From: Perna viridis
Lineage: Eukaryota
Assembly: GCA_037379345.1 (NCBI GenBank)
Contig: CM074512.1
Coordinates: forward strand, 34,348,001 to 34,412,000
DNA: 64,000 bases
Direction of reading: 5' to 3'
Positions 1-15,000 of this stretch are shown one piece after another; the first letter of the stretch is position 1, and the number at the start of each line of letters is the position of its first letter. The notes under the pieces are model-generated. The model searched no databases. It was given only the letters and a program-made list of their open reading frames with translations, and was not told the DNA's origin. A program made the translations under genes and the position numbers.

Positions 1-59
1 TAAGAATTATGGGAGATCTTCCTGATGCTGATCTAGGTGATACGCTGGCTGTAGCAGGT
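1..59 (+). CDS. myosin VII-like exon (partial, start of MyTH4-1)
   Basis: [20 protein letters not shown]; donor GTAAGT at 60. Confidence 0.85.
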
Positions 60-3000
60 GTAAGTAAAATACAACTTGGATATATTGTATCAGTTGTTCT
101 TTTTTAACTTTGTGTATTTCTCTTCTTTTCTTTTCATCCACATCTCTGCTCCATTATACAATTACTGTTTTCTAAGCATTGAATGATGTTTCAATCTACC
201 GTTTTTGTACTGTTTAACATTGCCATCTTTGTGCAATTGAGCCTCAAAATATGGCAAATATTCCTCACAGAAAATTAAAAATGGCATGATCTAATAAAAA
301 AGACGATTCAGTGCGATTTAGAGAAATGTTTAAAAACTACAAAATGACTTGAAATTTGAAAAGGTGAAATCAGAGACGAAGAGGATAGTGGCAATTGATT
401 ATATCATAAATATTACAAACTATATGATACATGATTTACTCTTTATAGACGGCACCGCCAGTGGTAACAACAGTAAGAGACTTTTTCCAAAAGAAGTATT
501 CAAAGAAAGAGGTCGAGGAAACCATGAGACGATACTCAGAATTAGTAAGTATTTTATTCTATTTGCATTATGACTGAATTTAGATGACTTTGTTACGTTG
601 TAGCATGTCGTTTAGTTCTGAATTCAAGTTTTATTCAAATCCTGTTTAAGAAAAGTGTATATGGTATTCACTTATAAATAAATACATTGCTGTAAAATTG
701 CAGTTCAAAGACCCTGCTCACTCTGGTATTGCCAACTTGCCATTCTTGCCAGACAGAAGTGGTGGTATGTTAGACAAAGTACAATATGTTACAGCACTTG
801 GAATATACAGACCAGAAATTAGGTAAAAACCACGTCCAAAATATTTATAAAATTCCAGCCTAGTTTTATAACAGTCAATTCAATTAGCTGATTGTCGTGT
901 TCATTCTTTTGATAAAACAAACATTGCTTATAAAGTTATAGATGTCATTGATGTACTAGTCTGAATCGGTAATTAGTTTAAGTGTTTTCATGGATATGAG
1001 CCTGAGTTGAATTCTTGTCAATCTGTCATAAGTAAATATTTCGTCTTTATTTCAAAACCAATATCATCAAATCTTTATTATTTTCGCATAAACCATTTTA
1101 AACCTCCCATGCTTTAGGCGAAAGTATTAACTTAAACGGATATGCGTAACAATACATGTTTGATAAAATATTACTCATTCTCAAAATTTGCCATTTCATT
1201 GACAGTTCAACGTTAAATAGCTGATTTGAAGGACACTCTAATGTCAAATGTTACCTCCAATTTGACCTTTTTAAAAACCTCAAAATGTTTCCATTGCGTT
1301 GTATTAAACCATTTATATTATTTAAAAGTCTCTTAAAAGTTAGAAAAAAGTAAATCACATGTAAGGCTTTTTCATATGTCTTATCAAGACTCGCACGTAT
1401 GTTGGTCCTATATTTAAAGTGTTTTATTATATAATTGTTTTCAGAGATGAATTGTATTGTCAGCTGTGTAGACAACTTACAAACAACCCATCCAGAAACA
1501 GTACGGTGAGAGGATGGGTTTTATTGAGCTTGTTTGCTGGAAGTTTTGCTCCAACAGAAAAGGTATTCAGTACTTTCTTATACAAATATTGTTCACATGA
1601 ATTTCCCCTTTACTCAACTTTACCAGTAATTCAAGTGATTTTCAGAAGAAATTCACTTAAAATTAATTTCATGGAAATTTTTATATGAAATTTACATGAA
1701 GACTCAATTTACATGCATTAAATGTGAATATGTCCATTTTTGCTCTATACAGGTGAGAATCATTTGAAACTCGTATTAACATCTCCTTGCGAAAGAATTA
1801 CTTTCATATTTTTTCCGAATAAAAAAAATCCAAATTGTCTACTGTGCTTACATCTTCAATCAAGTTTATATTCATGATCGGAAACAAAATAGAATTATTG
1901 ACTTTCGCAAAAACTGTTTTCGATAGTATTAGGCTATGAACTATGTATGAAAGTGATTCTTTGGACTGTACATTTATTTTCAGTTTGGTCCTTGTTTCTT
2001 ACAATTCCTAAAAGACAGTTCTCCAGTATTTTCTGAGAAGGTCGAGCGACTAGTCAGGCGCACCTTTATATCGGGGACAAGGGGATTCCCTCCAAGTTGG
2101 CTGGAATTTCAGGTATGTAGTTAAAACAATATTGACATGAAATACATGTAAAAAACACAATGTTCCGATTTTATCATTTTTATTTTAGCTTTGAAACAAA
2201 TAATAACGTTTTAGAATCTTGAATAGTTAATTCATCAAATTTTCATTAATCGGAATTTTTTTTTTTGGTCAAATTTGTTTGAAGTTATATATTCATGTAA
2301 TTCTGCTCATTCATTCTATTTTAATATTTTGGTTGCATTGTTTTGTCTACGGATTTTCCCTTTCATGAACTTTGATATATCTTCTTTTTCCAAGTTGACA
2401 TTTTCGACATTACTTAAAAAATTAACAATAAAAATCCATGAATTTTAATTAAGTTTTCAAATATAAAGTCAGATTTCTACAATGTTTCTCTTTTTTGTTA
2501 CGGTTTACACGGACTTACTTTATTCATTCATTGCAATTAACACATTATTTTTTTTTGTATTTAGTAGTCATACTCATCCTTGGGTTGTTTACTTATTTGA
2601 AACGAAATTTCTCTATTTCCTTGCAGGCAGCTAAAAATGGTAAACCCATCTTGATTCCAATAGCCCTGATGAACAACCACCGGATGTTAGTAACAGCTGA
2701 TTCAGTAACCACTGTCCAGGAGCTGTGTCATCAAATTTGTGATAGAATTGGTATTAATGATGATTCTGGATTCTCAGTATACATCACACTGATGCAAAGA
2801 GTAAGTAATAGATCACTGCGTGTTTGCCTGTTGGTAAGAATGAAGTACAATGTATATCTTGAACAATCTTTTTCAATATAGTATTAACTGATAGAATTAT
2901 TTCTATTACAGGACTATCTCACTAATCAAGAGCGTTTTAGTTTTCTTAAAGTGGTACAAGATCAAAAATCTTGATGAAACAAAGTGATTGGATTTGATGT

Positions 3001-6000
3001 CATTCGTCCTTTAAAAATAGTTTTTTGTAATAGAAATCTTCCCACATCATTTAAAAAGAAGAAGTTTAATCACGCACTGTCCTTCTTAATCTATCTCGAT
3101 TCAAATCTATTGGCAAATACAATTTAAAATATAAGTCCTTGTCACTTTCTTCTTATATCGACTTAGAAACCAACGAGTTTAAACATTTGACAATCGATCA
3201 TTGTAATCTCTATTTGACAGTCTATAAACAGCTGCTGTCATATATTAAATCATTTGCTTATACAAGTGGTATTACAATGAAACACACTAGGACATGTACA
3301 AATACACATAATGGCAATTTACAATGAAACACACTAGGACATGTACAAGTACACATAATGGAAATTTACAATGAAACACACTAGGACATGTACAAGTACA
3401 CATAATGGCAATTTACAATGAAACACACTAGGACATGCATGTACAAGTACACATAATGGCAATTTAAATTATCAGTATAAACTCATTCCTTTTCTTAATA
3501 TACATAAAACAACAAATGATCGACTTTACAGTCCTCACTTCAATTGACTTGAATAGCGCAAACAATACAAAATGCAGCTTTACATCTTTCAGATTCATTC
3601 ATATTTGTTAATCAGAGACCTTGAGCTTTTCATGACTCTTTAATTTCTGATTAACTTTTTTTCTGCTGATAGATTTTTGCGTATAACTGGCGTCAAAATT
3701 GGTGACTAGTATCACTTAATCGATCATTTTTGAAATCCAGTATTTGTGTAACAATTATTCATAATTTTCTATACGCAATTACTTTGTTATTTTTGATAGC
3801 ATTCAACTTTAAGGCGTAATGTTTACTATCAACAATGGCCTCATAAAATTGAATGATTTCTCCAATTCAGTCAGTGATTAAAACACATGTGACTTTTTTC
3901 TACTTGGCAGAATAAAAAAGTTCTTGTGAGAGATTTTCACATTTCTGAGGTTGCTACTAACCGACCGTCTTTCTAACTAGTCTTGATTAATTGTCCCTCC
4001 TTTATATGGTAAAATTTAGATTTGCACATATTTGCCGAAGCTTGTATGTTAAAAATCTAAACTTGACCGTATGTAGTGGAGAAACAATTTAAACCACTCC
4101 TTTCTGGAGGTAAATCTATATGTTACCACGCACCGTTTTATAATCGTATTGCATTTTATCGCCGAATATTGAAACTTCGTTGGAATACACAATTATCTGG
4201 AATAAGCAGAGTTTTGATTTTTTTAGTTATGCAGTGTCGATCAATGTTTTCACGTCATTGCCTTATTCCAATACTAAAGTACCAATTATATTATATTGCA
4301 AGTTTAGATATGCAGTCCACGTGTTTCAAGGAGTTACCTCTCTTTAGTAGCATTAATATCAAACACAAATGAAAATCGAAATAATATTGAATACAAGAAA
4401 AAGTATCGAAATAGAAAGCCAAACCTAGCACCAATACAAGGAATGGAACCTTCAAATTTTATAAATTTGTAATACTGCAAATTACGATGACTGATATATG
4501 AAATGATTACTGACTACTAGGTTGGTGAATAACCGTCGAAAACGTTTGGTCAACAGCAATGGCATCGAACCAAATGGTTATTAAACACATAAGTAACTAT
4601 CATATAACATTGAAAATTTCGATATGCTGTACACAGTAACTTTCATCAGCAGCAGTAAAATCAAACACGAATGAAGATCTAAATATTGTATACAAGTTCC
4701 CCAAAACATAAGTATGGAAATAATGATTAATAAAGCAGAAAAAAATGTATAGAAATCCAATTTTATTTTTTTTCAATTTATAATTTAAGAAAATGGAAAT
4801 ATTGATTTGACATTTATTCATGTTTAATAATATACTTACCAACAGATTTCTTGTCTGGGACATGGACTTCATAGAATTATGGATGCTGTCGCAGAATGTG
4901 AACAAAACACAAAACAAATGGGAATGAGAGAAAGTAGTTCTGCATGGAGGTTATACTTCCGGAAGGAATATTTTGTGCCATGGCATAATGCAAAATTGGA
5001 CGAAGTTTCTACAGAACTGGTGTATCATCAAGTGATGCGAGGAATCTCAGTCGGTGAATACAAATGTGATAAGGTATTTTGTTTTCTATAGATTTTTTTT
5101 CTGAAAAAAAAAGATTATTCTCGAAGTATTTAAGAAACAAGCCACTAAATATTTTTACCTTGTTGTCTAAAGAGTTGTAAGTTCCCAAGGACTGTAAGTT
5201 ATACTAAGTCCTTCTTTTACCCCGCATCGAATGAGAAAAAAAGTAGTTAGGAAATACAAATGTGAAACACTGTACGTCATTATGGATTCCCACCGTCGAT
5301 TTACATTGAAAATTATGGATCAGCACATTTGCTTTAATAAAGCATGTATGATTATTAATAATACAGTTTTATAATGGAGATAGATTTGAAGTATTTGTCC
5401 TGGTACTTACCTCTATGATATTATACGAACATTTGTATCAAATACTGAGTTATCATATTATAGAAGTAAATTATATTTTTTTTACGTTTGTAGGAGGAAC
5501 TACTAGTCTTAATGGCTGCTCAACGATATTTTTGTGAATCTCAGGACAATTATGAACGTATGAATCTGACAACGTTTTTGAAATCATGGATTCCAGAAGA
5601 AGCTAAGAAAGATAAAGAACTGACTTATTGGGAGGAAAAAGTGAAACAGGCTATAAGGGAAGAATTTCCAAAAGAAAAGAAAGTTTCTGTTGAATCTCTG
5701 CGAGCAGATATTGTGACGTATGCTAAAAACAAGTGGCACTGTCAATTCTCGAGGTTCTACGATGCCTCCAAAGTTGTTTCATCTACTATGACATTACAGA
5801 ATGGCATTGTTGGTGTTAACTCTAAACAAATTGATATTATGGACGATAAAGAAAATGTTCGAAATCATTTAAATTTTCTGGAAATAGCACAAGTTTCAAG
5901 AACACGGTAATGTAACTAATTCATATTAAATTTAAGGTTCCACTAGAAACAACCAACCTTATATGTAGAGAGGGCTAGGAAATTAGTTAAAAAGAGAAAT

Positions 6001-9000
6001 ATACTTTAAAACATGAGCAACGTCTATGCGACATCGTTTAAATTCAGCCTATCGTACATGTTGAATATTGTTATTTGACAACTCTTTTTTTTAATTTTGT
6101 AGAATTACAGAAACACTTTGTTATTTTAAAGAACTATACAGTTTTGAAAAAAGTGGTTCGCTTGAATACTATTTGCCACATTTTTCTCTACTATATTTAT
6201 TAAAACAATTATCTAACTTACCTATTTAACGAACCTGGAGTATTTTTAAGATGTACAATATGCATTTGCAGGCATTCAGCGACGATCACTACATTAAGCG
6301 GTGAAGACTACGTAGTTCATTCCAATCATTCCGAAGATCTTCATTCCCATCTCACAGCATTCTTAGACGGTCTCAGACGTAAATCAAAATTTGCTATAGT
6401 TGTACAGGACTCTTCCCAAATAGGTAATGCCTAAAAAATCTTTGATTACTTTTAAGAACTGGATTCTTCTCAGTTTGGTGAGAGGATTAACTGTACGGAG
6501 CGCTTCTTGGATGGATTAGCGGTTGAAGTACGCTCTTTTACTGGACTCTTATCAATTAGGATATAACAGTATTGTATTAAACTTTGACGCCTTCAAATCC
6601 CGAATTCTAAGTGACATTTAAACATATTAAATGCTTTTATTCCATTTTAATGTAAAAAGGCAGAAATTGCAACTGCAATCGCGAAAATAACACATGCACA
6701 TGGCTGAACAATTGAGTACGTTAATCTTTAAACTGATACCCTAATACTAAATATGTGACTTTGTGTCAAGGTCGTTAAAACTGGTGTTTTTTATTTTAAA
6801 GAATAAATTCAGAAATTCATTTTCAAGCAAACTGGGGTGGTCTTGAATGGCTTTCAGTTAGACATTTCATTAATGACAATAAAAAGTAATGAATAATTAT
6901 TTTACTTTACAAAGAAGACTTCATACAGCCATATTAAAATTAGATAATTTTCCATTTTTGGTAGAGAATGCTAAAATAAAAAAAAACGCGAAAAAAGCAG
7001 ATATCAAAATAATTAGTAATTCCAATACCTCATTATAGTACTTGGTGGATAACCATTTTTACTTTGTCTATACTATGCATTCTATGTTTTGTTAAATTAT
7101 AACTCCTATAATGTACATGCTGATCCATAGGCTTAGTGAATTACATTGAGCTTTTTATCCGCACAATTTACCTTCGTACATTCAAATAAAGGCTGTTGCA
7201 TTTGGACTTCACACCTTAACATTTTGGGGATTTAGATCTTCCTATATATTTGATTCTCATGCTGCTAATGAGAGGGCACTCCCTGAAATACGTATACAGC
7301 ATATCGAAAGTTGCAATATATATGATTGGTATTTTGTATTAAATTTTGCAGACCGATAACCTCTTTCTGGTTTACTTCGTATCACTCGGCAGTGTGATAC
7401 TCTGCAGTACAGGACGTAGAAAAAAAAATAGTCGGTGCATTCTCAATAAAGTTCCGCGAAGCTGATTTCGTTATCATTTTACTAAATTATATACAGTGGC
7501 AGGACTCAATACGGAGTGCAAGAGGTAATAAACCTTTAAGTAACGAATGTATTCTGGCTTATCATCAAATTTCTCAGATTGTGTATTGTTCTGGTTTCAG
7601 AAGGTGCAATAGGTGTAAATGTGTCAAAAGGAGACTTAATTATACTAGATGGAATTTACGAAAATTATGTTGAAGCAGATGTTATGACGGGAACGTGCAA
7701 ACGTACAGACAAAATTAGTCTAATGCCCCGTGATCTGCTGTATGTACTTCCAACGACAGAGGAACCTGCAGCTGATTCCATGGTTCGTATGATATGAAAC
7801 GTCATTTTTAAAAACGGATGAAAACACACATAAAGTAAGATTTAACTAATGACTGGATATTATCTAACAGAATATAAAAATGCATATAACACAATTGTTT
7901 AATTTGATATTATTCAAACCAAAACATTCCCTAAAAAGTTACAAATGTTGTGCGAGCTGCCATTTTACACTCTGACTTTTTGTGTGAATCAATCCCCATA
8001 CATCTGCACACTTCAAAGGGAATACATTCCACCTCCACACATTAGAATAGGAAGTGTTCCAGGTTGATTGAGTGAATGAGTCATATTCGACATGCTGATT
8101 TTTTTAAACTGTGTTTTACTTGATTTTCCGTGCAGGGAATGTTAATTATGCAGCTGAAGAAAGATCCCTCTGTGTTCATTAGTTTGACAGCCAATGAAAG
8201 GATCGAGCACACCTTAGAAGCCTACTCAAAAGTACATTTTAGGTATGTCTTGTGATGTGTCACTATCTCAACTATGCAATGAAACTGGTCATTTTGTTGT
8301 GAGGAAAACATGGTTGTGACTAACCGGTGTGTAAATTCAATCATCATACCCAACACTGAAAACAAAATTCTCAAAGATTTATTTCATTAAAAAGTTACAT
8401 TTCAATCGTGTTTGCTTTGAAATCTTAGTTTTTAAGCAAGCAAATAAATGAAACAATTTGAAGTATAATTTATCTTACACATTTATTTCAGACCCTCTAG
8501 TGATAATACAGTGACGAAGGTACTAAAACAGGTGTCATTCAGGAAAGAAAAGACCTCTGTAGCCTGGTTGTGGTCTAAAGACTCCATCAAAAAGCCCCTT
8601 CTACGCAAAACAGCATATAAGGAAGAGCTTAGAGCGACGAGTTGTCGATGCTTTTTAGATATCCTTTTGCATCATATTGAAATTTTTAAGAGATTTTTTA
8701 AAAATATATGGCAATAATGACATTGATGTTTCATGAGCTAGGGAAAGGTAATGCGATTTCTTCAATTGATTTTCACTACTATATTAAGTAGCTGTCTTCG
8801 TAAGAATCATGCAAAATCTGAAAAATGTGATACACCCCAAAAAGGCTACATATTTTTATTTTTGTAATTCAGTTATTTTATGGGTCTATATTATGAAATG
8901 TATAATTATTCATTCAAATCTATCTGCTCTTAAGAGATTATCAACATTAAAATTCCAACAGATTCTATTGTATTTGAGTGTCATTTACAAACTTATATCC

Positions 9001-12000
9001 CTTAATTTTGAATTCTGCAGTGCATTCTATACAATTTTTATCTCATATGAGCACGGATTATTGGAAAAACCAAATGTTAATTTATGCTTACTGACGCATT
9101 TTAAACAAAATATAAAAAAAAATAAAAATATGTAGGCTTTCCAACCATGTATCACATTTTGCATGATTCTTAGCTGGAATGCTACTCATATGACATATTT
9201 CTAAATGCATACATATAATGTTAATTTGTCTGTCTGGAGTATGTAGGACATGTCTAATACGGTAGATGTTGGGTTGTTTAACTATTAGTTGCTTTCGCTG
9301 ACAAGTTTTATAATGACTTTTCAAACCTCTTCCCCGTGATTTAAAAATAATAATTGAGATAGTGTCTATATTTACCCTTAACTAAACCACCTATTCAGCA
9401 ATATATGGGGGATATCCAAAATAAAGATAGAATTCCAGATCCAGAATTGGTCAATAGATATGTAATTGATCCAGCTATCAGGAGTGTATGTACAATAAAT
9501 ATTCAAGACTTTAAAGTTAACGTTTATGTATATTCAATACATGATATTGAATAGGATGTTAAACGTTTAGTTTTGTGTGCAATTTGTCTTTCTTGTACAA
9601 AATATTTATTGATTAAATGTTAATAAATGTATCATATTTTATAGTTTTTATCAACCCATCACTCTACGGCAAACTGGGCCTAACAGCATATAAGTTTTTT
9701 TATGTCGTTTATTGTATCACAACATTTTTATTGCTTTATTTCATTGTCTTTTCTTTCAATAGCGGCATATACGAGAAGAAGTGTTCTGTCAAATCACAAA
9801 ACAACTTACCAATAATCCAGACAAGTAAGTGGCTGGTAAAGTACTGGTAGAACAAAAGTAAAAGCTGATCTTTTTCCTTAAAGTTGAAATGCACAATGCG
9901 TCTTGCGTATGTTGTTTTAGACATCATTCCAAACTATGATAATGATTTCATACAATGAATTGCCCGTATACACTTGAAGTCCATAACTACATCTATCCTG
10001 CAAAAATGATTTAGTTTATGAAAATAACTGTTCGTCTTTAAAAAAAAACTTTTTATAAGGATAACTGTACAAAAAATGTATTCAACATACATTTATTTAT
10101 TCCTGACAAATATATGATTAACAGTGTTACCTAACACTAATTCAAAAACAAATCAGAGTTTTGTTGACTTGTGGAATGGCAGTAAATGATATATTTTCTC
10201 TCTATCTTCAGAGCAAGCGAGGATAGAGGATTCAAATTATTCTATTTCCTTGCTTCCACGGTAGCCCCAAGTTATGAACTGACGCAACATATAGAGGCAT
10301 TTCTGAAAGGAAACAAACACCCACTAGCAAATATATGTCTTGACAGTCTAAGAAGAACTAAAGAGTAGGTGTTTTCATTACCATATTATTTACTTTAACC
10401 TCTTTTATTTCCTTATATGTATATAAATGCTTAGCCATTTGATGAATGTTTTTAGATAATGCTTTTGAAAATATACTTATAAGATAATAATAGAACAGTT
10501 ATTACTAACCTTGCACTTTCATAGAAGTAACATTTATACAACGATTGCAACATGTTTTCCATACTTTGAAAACACCAAAAACTTTTGTTTAACAAATCTT
10601 GTTTCATGTGTTAAGGCATAGATTCCACTTACAAGCATTAAAGAACAAAATAAAAAAACACATGGGAAAAATTGTAAAGGACTACTAATTTATTTATGAC
10701 AAATGAGGTACTCATAAGGAAATAATATTATTCCGAAAGGCATGATTTTGAATATATATATTGTCATGTGTTGTTACCTGCACTAAAACAAAAAAAATCA
10801 AATTAGCCCTAAAATTTGTATGTGCTACTTTATTTACAGTCATTTAGAATTATTATAGTATTTATACAAAATTATTCATTACAATATTTACATTGTAATC
10901 TTATCTTTGCATTTATGTAATGTATATGCTTATATTAGATACGGGTTACGCAAATCACGGTAAGTGTTCGCCTTTGTGTTTTATATTTTATATAGTTCGC
11001 TAGTGGTAGAAAGGTCGTTTCAGATATAGCTCAAACGCATGTTAATACTTCCTTTTGTGGTAGCAAAAAAACACCGTTCACTTGTGTCTTGCATTATTTA
11101 TCACACATTTTGTTGATACAATTTATCAAAATTCCTTTAAATATGTTAAGGAAGAAGGGTTAAGCTGCATATAACACAATGATACTAAAAAAAATCAATG
11201 TCAATAAGAATCAAACTATTATACAGGTATTTATGGTGTTGGTTATTTGACAAGTTATGACGTCACACTTTGGTCGGTTGTGAAAATTGAAGAATATAAC
11301 CGCTAGTTCAGTGAAACCTATCATTTATAAGTGTTAACTTTAAACCTATATCTTTCGGCGTTTACTTTGCCATGCTTTTGCTTTACAATGTAGGCATAAT
11401 TGCTAACCTTTTTCAGAAATAATATTGTGGTACAAAAGTTTGATACCGCCTCAGTAATATGTAAATCAGTTTCAAGAAATACTTATTTTCAAGTTAGTTG
11501 GATTTGAATAAGGTATAAGGATAAAACTATGAGTGACCAGCAGAAAGACGTAGCATTTTTTTATTTTCTTCTTTCAGGGACGGGTGCAGAAGATACCCAC
11601 CACATACTATGGAACATGAAGCCTTCAGTTCTTCAAATCAAAAAGTGTCAATTAAGATTATGTTTCCCCATGGTGATAATCAGGTACATGTTTGTTAGCT
11701 CTGATCACAGTCTCGAAGTAATATAATTGACAATCGTCTGGTTCGTATTAACTGCGGGGTAGTTTTTGTGATGCCCTAAATCATGTTCATGGTCAACTCC
11801 ACTGTTCAAACGAAAAAGGTCTACAAAATAAATCGCTCGTTAGCTTTAGAAATTATTTGCTTACATCCTTCTCAGACTACATTGATAAAATTAAATCTTG
11901 CATACTTGACGTTTTTAAATTTCGAAAAGTGTAGTACAGTCTATCTTACTTTTTAACAGAAGTTCGAGATTGATCCCACATTACGAGTTGGAGCCTTTAG

Positions 12001-15000
12001 GAACATGATCGCCAACAAGATCGGTCTAGCTGTGGCAGAGGATTATGGGATTTTCTTCGGACTTAAAGAGAGAGGTTCCGAACTTTACTACTCATCCTTA
12101 GCTGTGTGTTCGTATTATTCACCAATCATACTCCCATTCTTCACTGTCATGTGATTGTGTTTTCGTATACCAATATTTATCTTTGTAAGAACCAGTATGA
12201 TTTTATACATACCTTACTAACCATGTAATAGAAAAGAAGTAAACTTGAAAGGGTAAAGTAGAAAATGCATTTTAGTTTCTCTATGTCGTTTGAGAAAGAC
12301 GTGTAGCTGATTGGATAGTAACTTGTATTAATTTCAAATTTCCAGGTTGTTTTTGTATGTGTGACGATTTTAAAACTGCTCTGAGAATGATTGAAATTGC
12401 TAACTTTACTGGTTCTTACGAAACATTCTGAGTAATGTTTTTTCTCCTGAAAAAGATATATTTTAGTTGTAGACACTTTTAGGCGAATAAGAAAATAAAT
12501 AAAAATAAATGGTCAATTTATTCACATGACAGTTCATCAATTTCTGGTAGCAAAGATATACATGCTTATACATCTCATTGTTACAGATACCAATTATGAC
12601 CATCTAGGTATAAAATTAAGCTTAAATTTTACCTGTCGTGATTTTTTGTTGCTCCAAATGGATAATAACAAATGAATGGATCTATCATGCTGTGATTGTG
12701 TGTAATTTTTTAATGAATGGTGCTACAAATTGGTTAAATTGTATGTGATCTGTGTGGAGAATCGGCTTTGGAACTGTTGCTGCTAGTATTTCTTACTGCA
12801 CTTACTTACTCTCGCTTAGCCTTTGTAAAATGTTTAGATACGAATTACGAATGGTCATATTTAAAAAAAACTACTACGATGTTTAAAACAAGTTTTTTTT
12901 TAAGAATATGTATGTAAGCCTTTTTATGATCGAAGTTACAGCAATGTTTTATATCAATTTGAACAAAAATGTTATTTATTTATGATAAGGAAAAATTCGA
13001 CGACACAGATTTTCAAGAGGTATTCGAACACTGGATCTAGACAAAATGGTTTAATTTGCTTAAAGCTTATAGGCTTAAGCTTTAATTGCAATTAAAATGT
13101 AAAATACAAAAGTTAATTCCTATACAACGAAGGTCTTAATATGTCAGTGTTCTTCTGATCTACCTCTAATGTATTCCAAAGTACCCATTATGTTTGCATT
13201 TAATTAACGGGTTGTAGATTTCGTCCAATCTCTAGTTCAGAGTTAGAACAAAAGTGTGTAAATATTAGAAAAATCGTAAATGCTTGTTCATTACAAAAGT
13301 CAAACCTAACTTTTTTCAATGTTTTTAATTAAGTTATACCTACCAGTTATATATAAAAAGAACTAAAACTGATCATTCAATGATGTAACATATATTTATT
13401 TGGTATGTAACTAAATAAATACTATATTTACTAAAATTTATATGCGACATACATTTAGGTGGTTTGTAACTGAAAATCCTTAAAATATGTACAATTTCAC
13501 ACAATAGAAAAAAAAACGAAATGCAACCTTTTAATACTAAACACGTTCTGAAGTTAAAAGTATACTTGCACATAGTGGTTCGTTCTATATTCATTACTGT
13601 TGTAACTAAATTGGCGTTTTGTAGTTCTGTGCAAAGCTCTTTACTATATTTTAAAATTAGTTTCGTTAGATTTACTTTTATTCAACATAATAGTCATGTC
13701 ATAGTAAGCCTTTAGACTTTGAATTAATGTAGTTGCATCTGTATATTTTATCAAAAGTAGAATTTAAATGTTTTCACAATAGGACACAAAATATTTAATT
13801 TTGTCACAATCTTTTTTTCCCTTTTTTTCTAATATTGTAATATAAAAATAGATATGATTGTGGCCAGTAAATGTGCAGTTATATAAATGTACAATGCTTG
13901 AATGAATGTGTTATAATTTTAAGCAGACAGCTATAGAAAAGTTATAGGATAATGGAAGTAAAAATCACTTATAATGACGAAACAAGATGCGTCAATAAAA
14001 ATGATCCTGTTTCAATATAACTCACTGTTAAAAGTGCTGTCGTCTTGTTTTAGTGATGAATGCAAGAGAAACTGAATACTTCATGGATTCTCTGACACAC
14101 GTTGAACGGTTCTGGTTGGGATCTATAGAACCAGGAGGTATGGTAGTCTATACTTTCCACTAGATCTTTATGTTCAATGAATATCAGAAATAATTGCGAT
14201 GGTTTTATTATTGTGTGAAATGCGACGGTCTTAACATCGAAATATAAACACATTATATGTGATATTTAAGAAAATAACAAACGTAAAAACCGGATTGTTT
14301 TACTGAAGTGACCAAATCGCAATAACTTATTTACGAAATAATGTAGTTACTTATGGTATGTATTATCATATTTTTTCTGGGAAAGACCGACATTGTTATA
14401 GATTAAACTAGAAAAAATATGCTCAGTAATATTATACCCCAACGCCCCCATGTTTTGACCTCCATGTTGATTTGGATCAAGTCTGAAGATGCTCAATTGT
14501 ACCATATCACGAAGATTTTGCGAAAGTTTCATTAAATTCCAGTCAGTGGGGTAGAAGTATAAACGGAAAAGAGATGGTGTCCCCCATGTCCCCAAATTTA
14601 GTCCATGTTTCGCTATGTGATACCTTCAAATAGGTTTGAATCAAAATCCGAAACAGGATTTGTACAGTTGGAATATGTAAGAAAAGATTACATGATAGTT
14701 TCATTTCATTCTATTCAGTGGTTTAAGAGGAGTAACGGATAAGAGATGCACCCTTGTGTAACGAAAGGAAGGAAGGGTGGATACCCTTTTTGCTATATAC
14801 TCCCACTTTGCAATAATGATACTGCAGTTTGAAGGATGAATTGTGAACAACGTTTAAAAGCATGTAATGATGTAGACGTGTATTTGTCTTTTATCTTTTT
14901 GTCATCACTATATTTCTATGGATTTTTAACTATTTGAAAACTTTGAGTTAAGAACCAACCGCCGTTGCTCTTCTCAATTTTACATAAGGATTCAATCACT

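Noticed and set aside
3272-3466. Direct-repeat array as a possible CRISPR
   Set aside because: Contiguous 47-bp units without spacers; a minisatellite.
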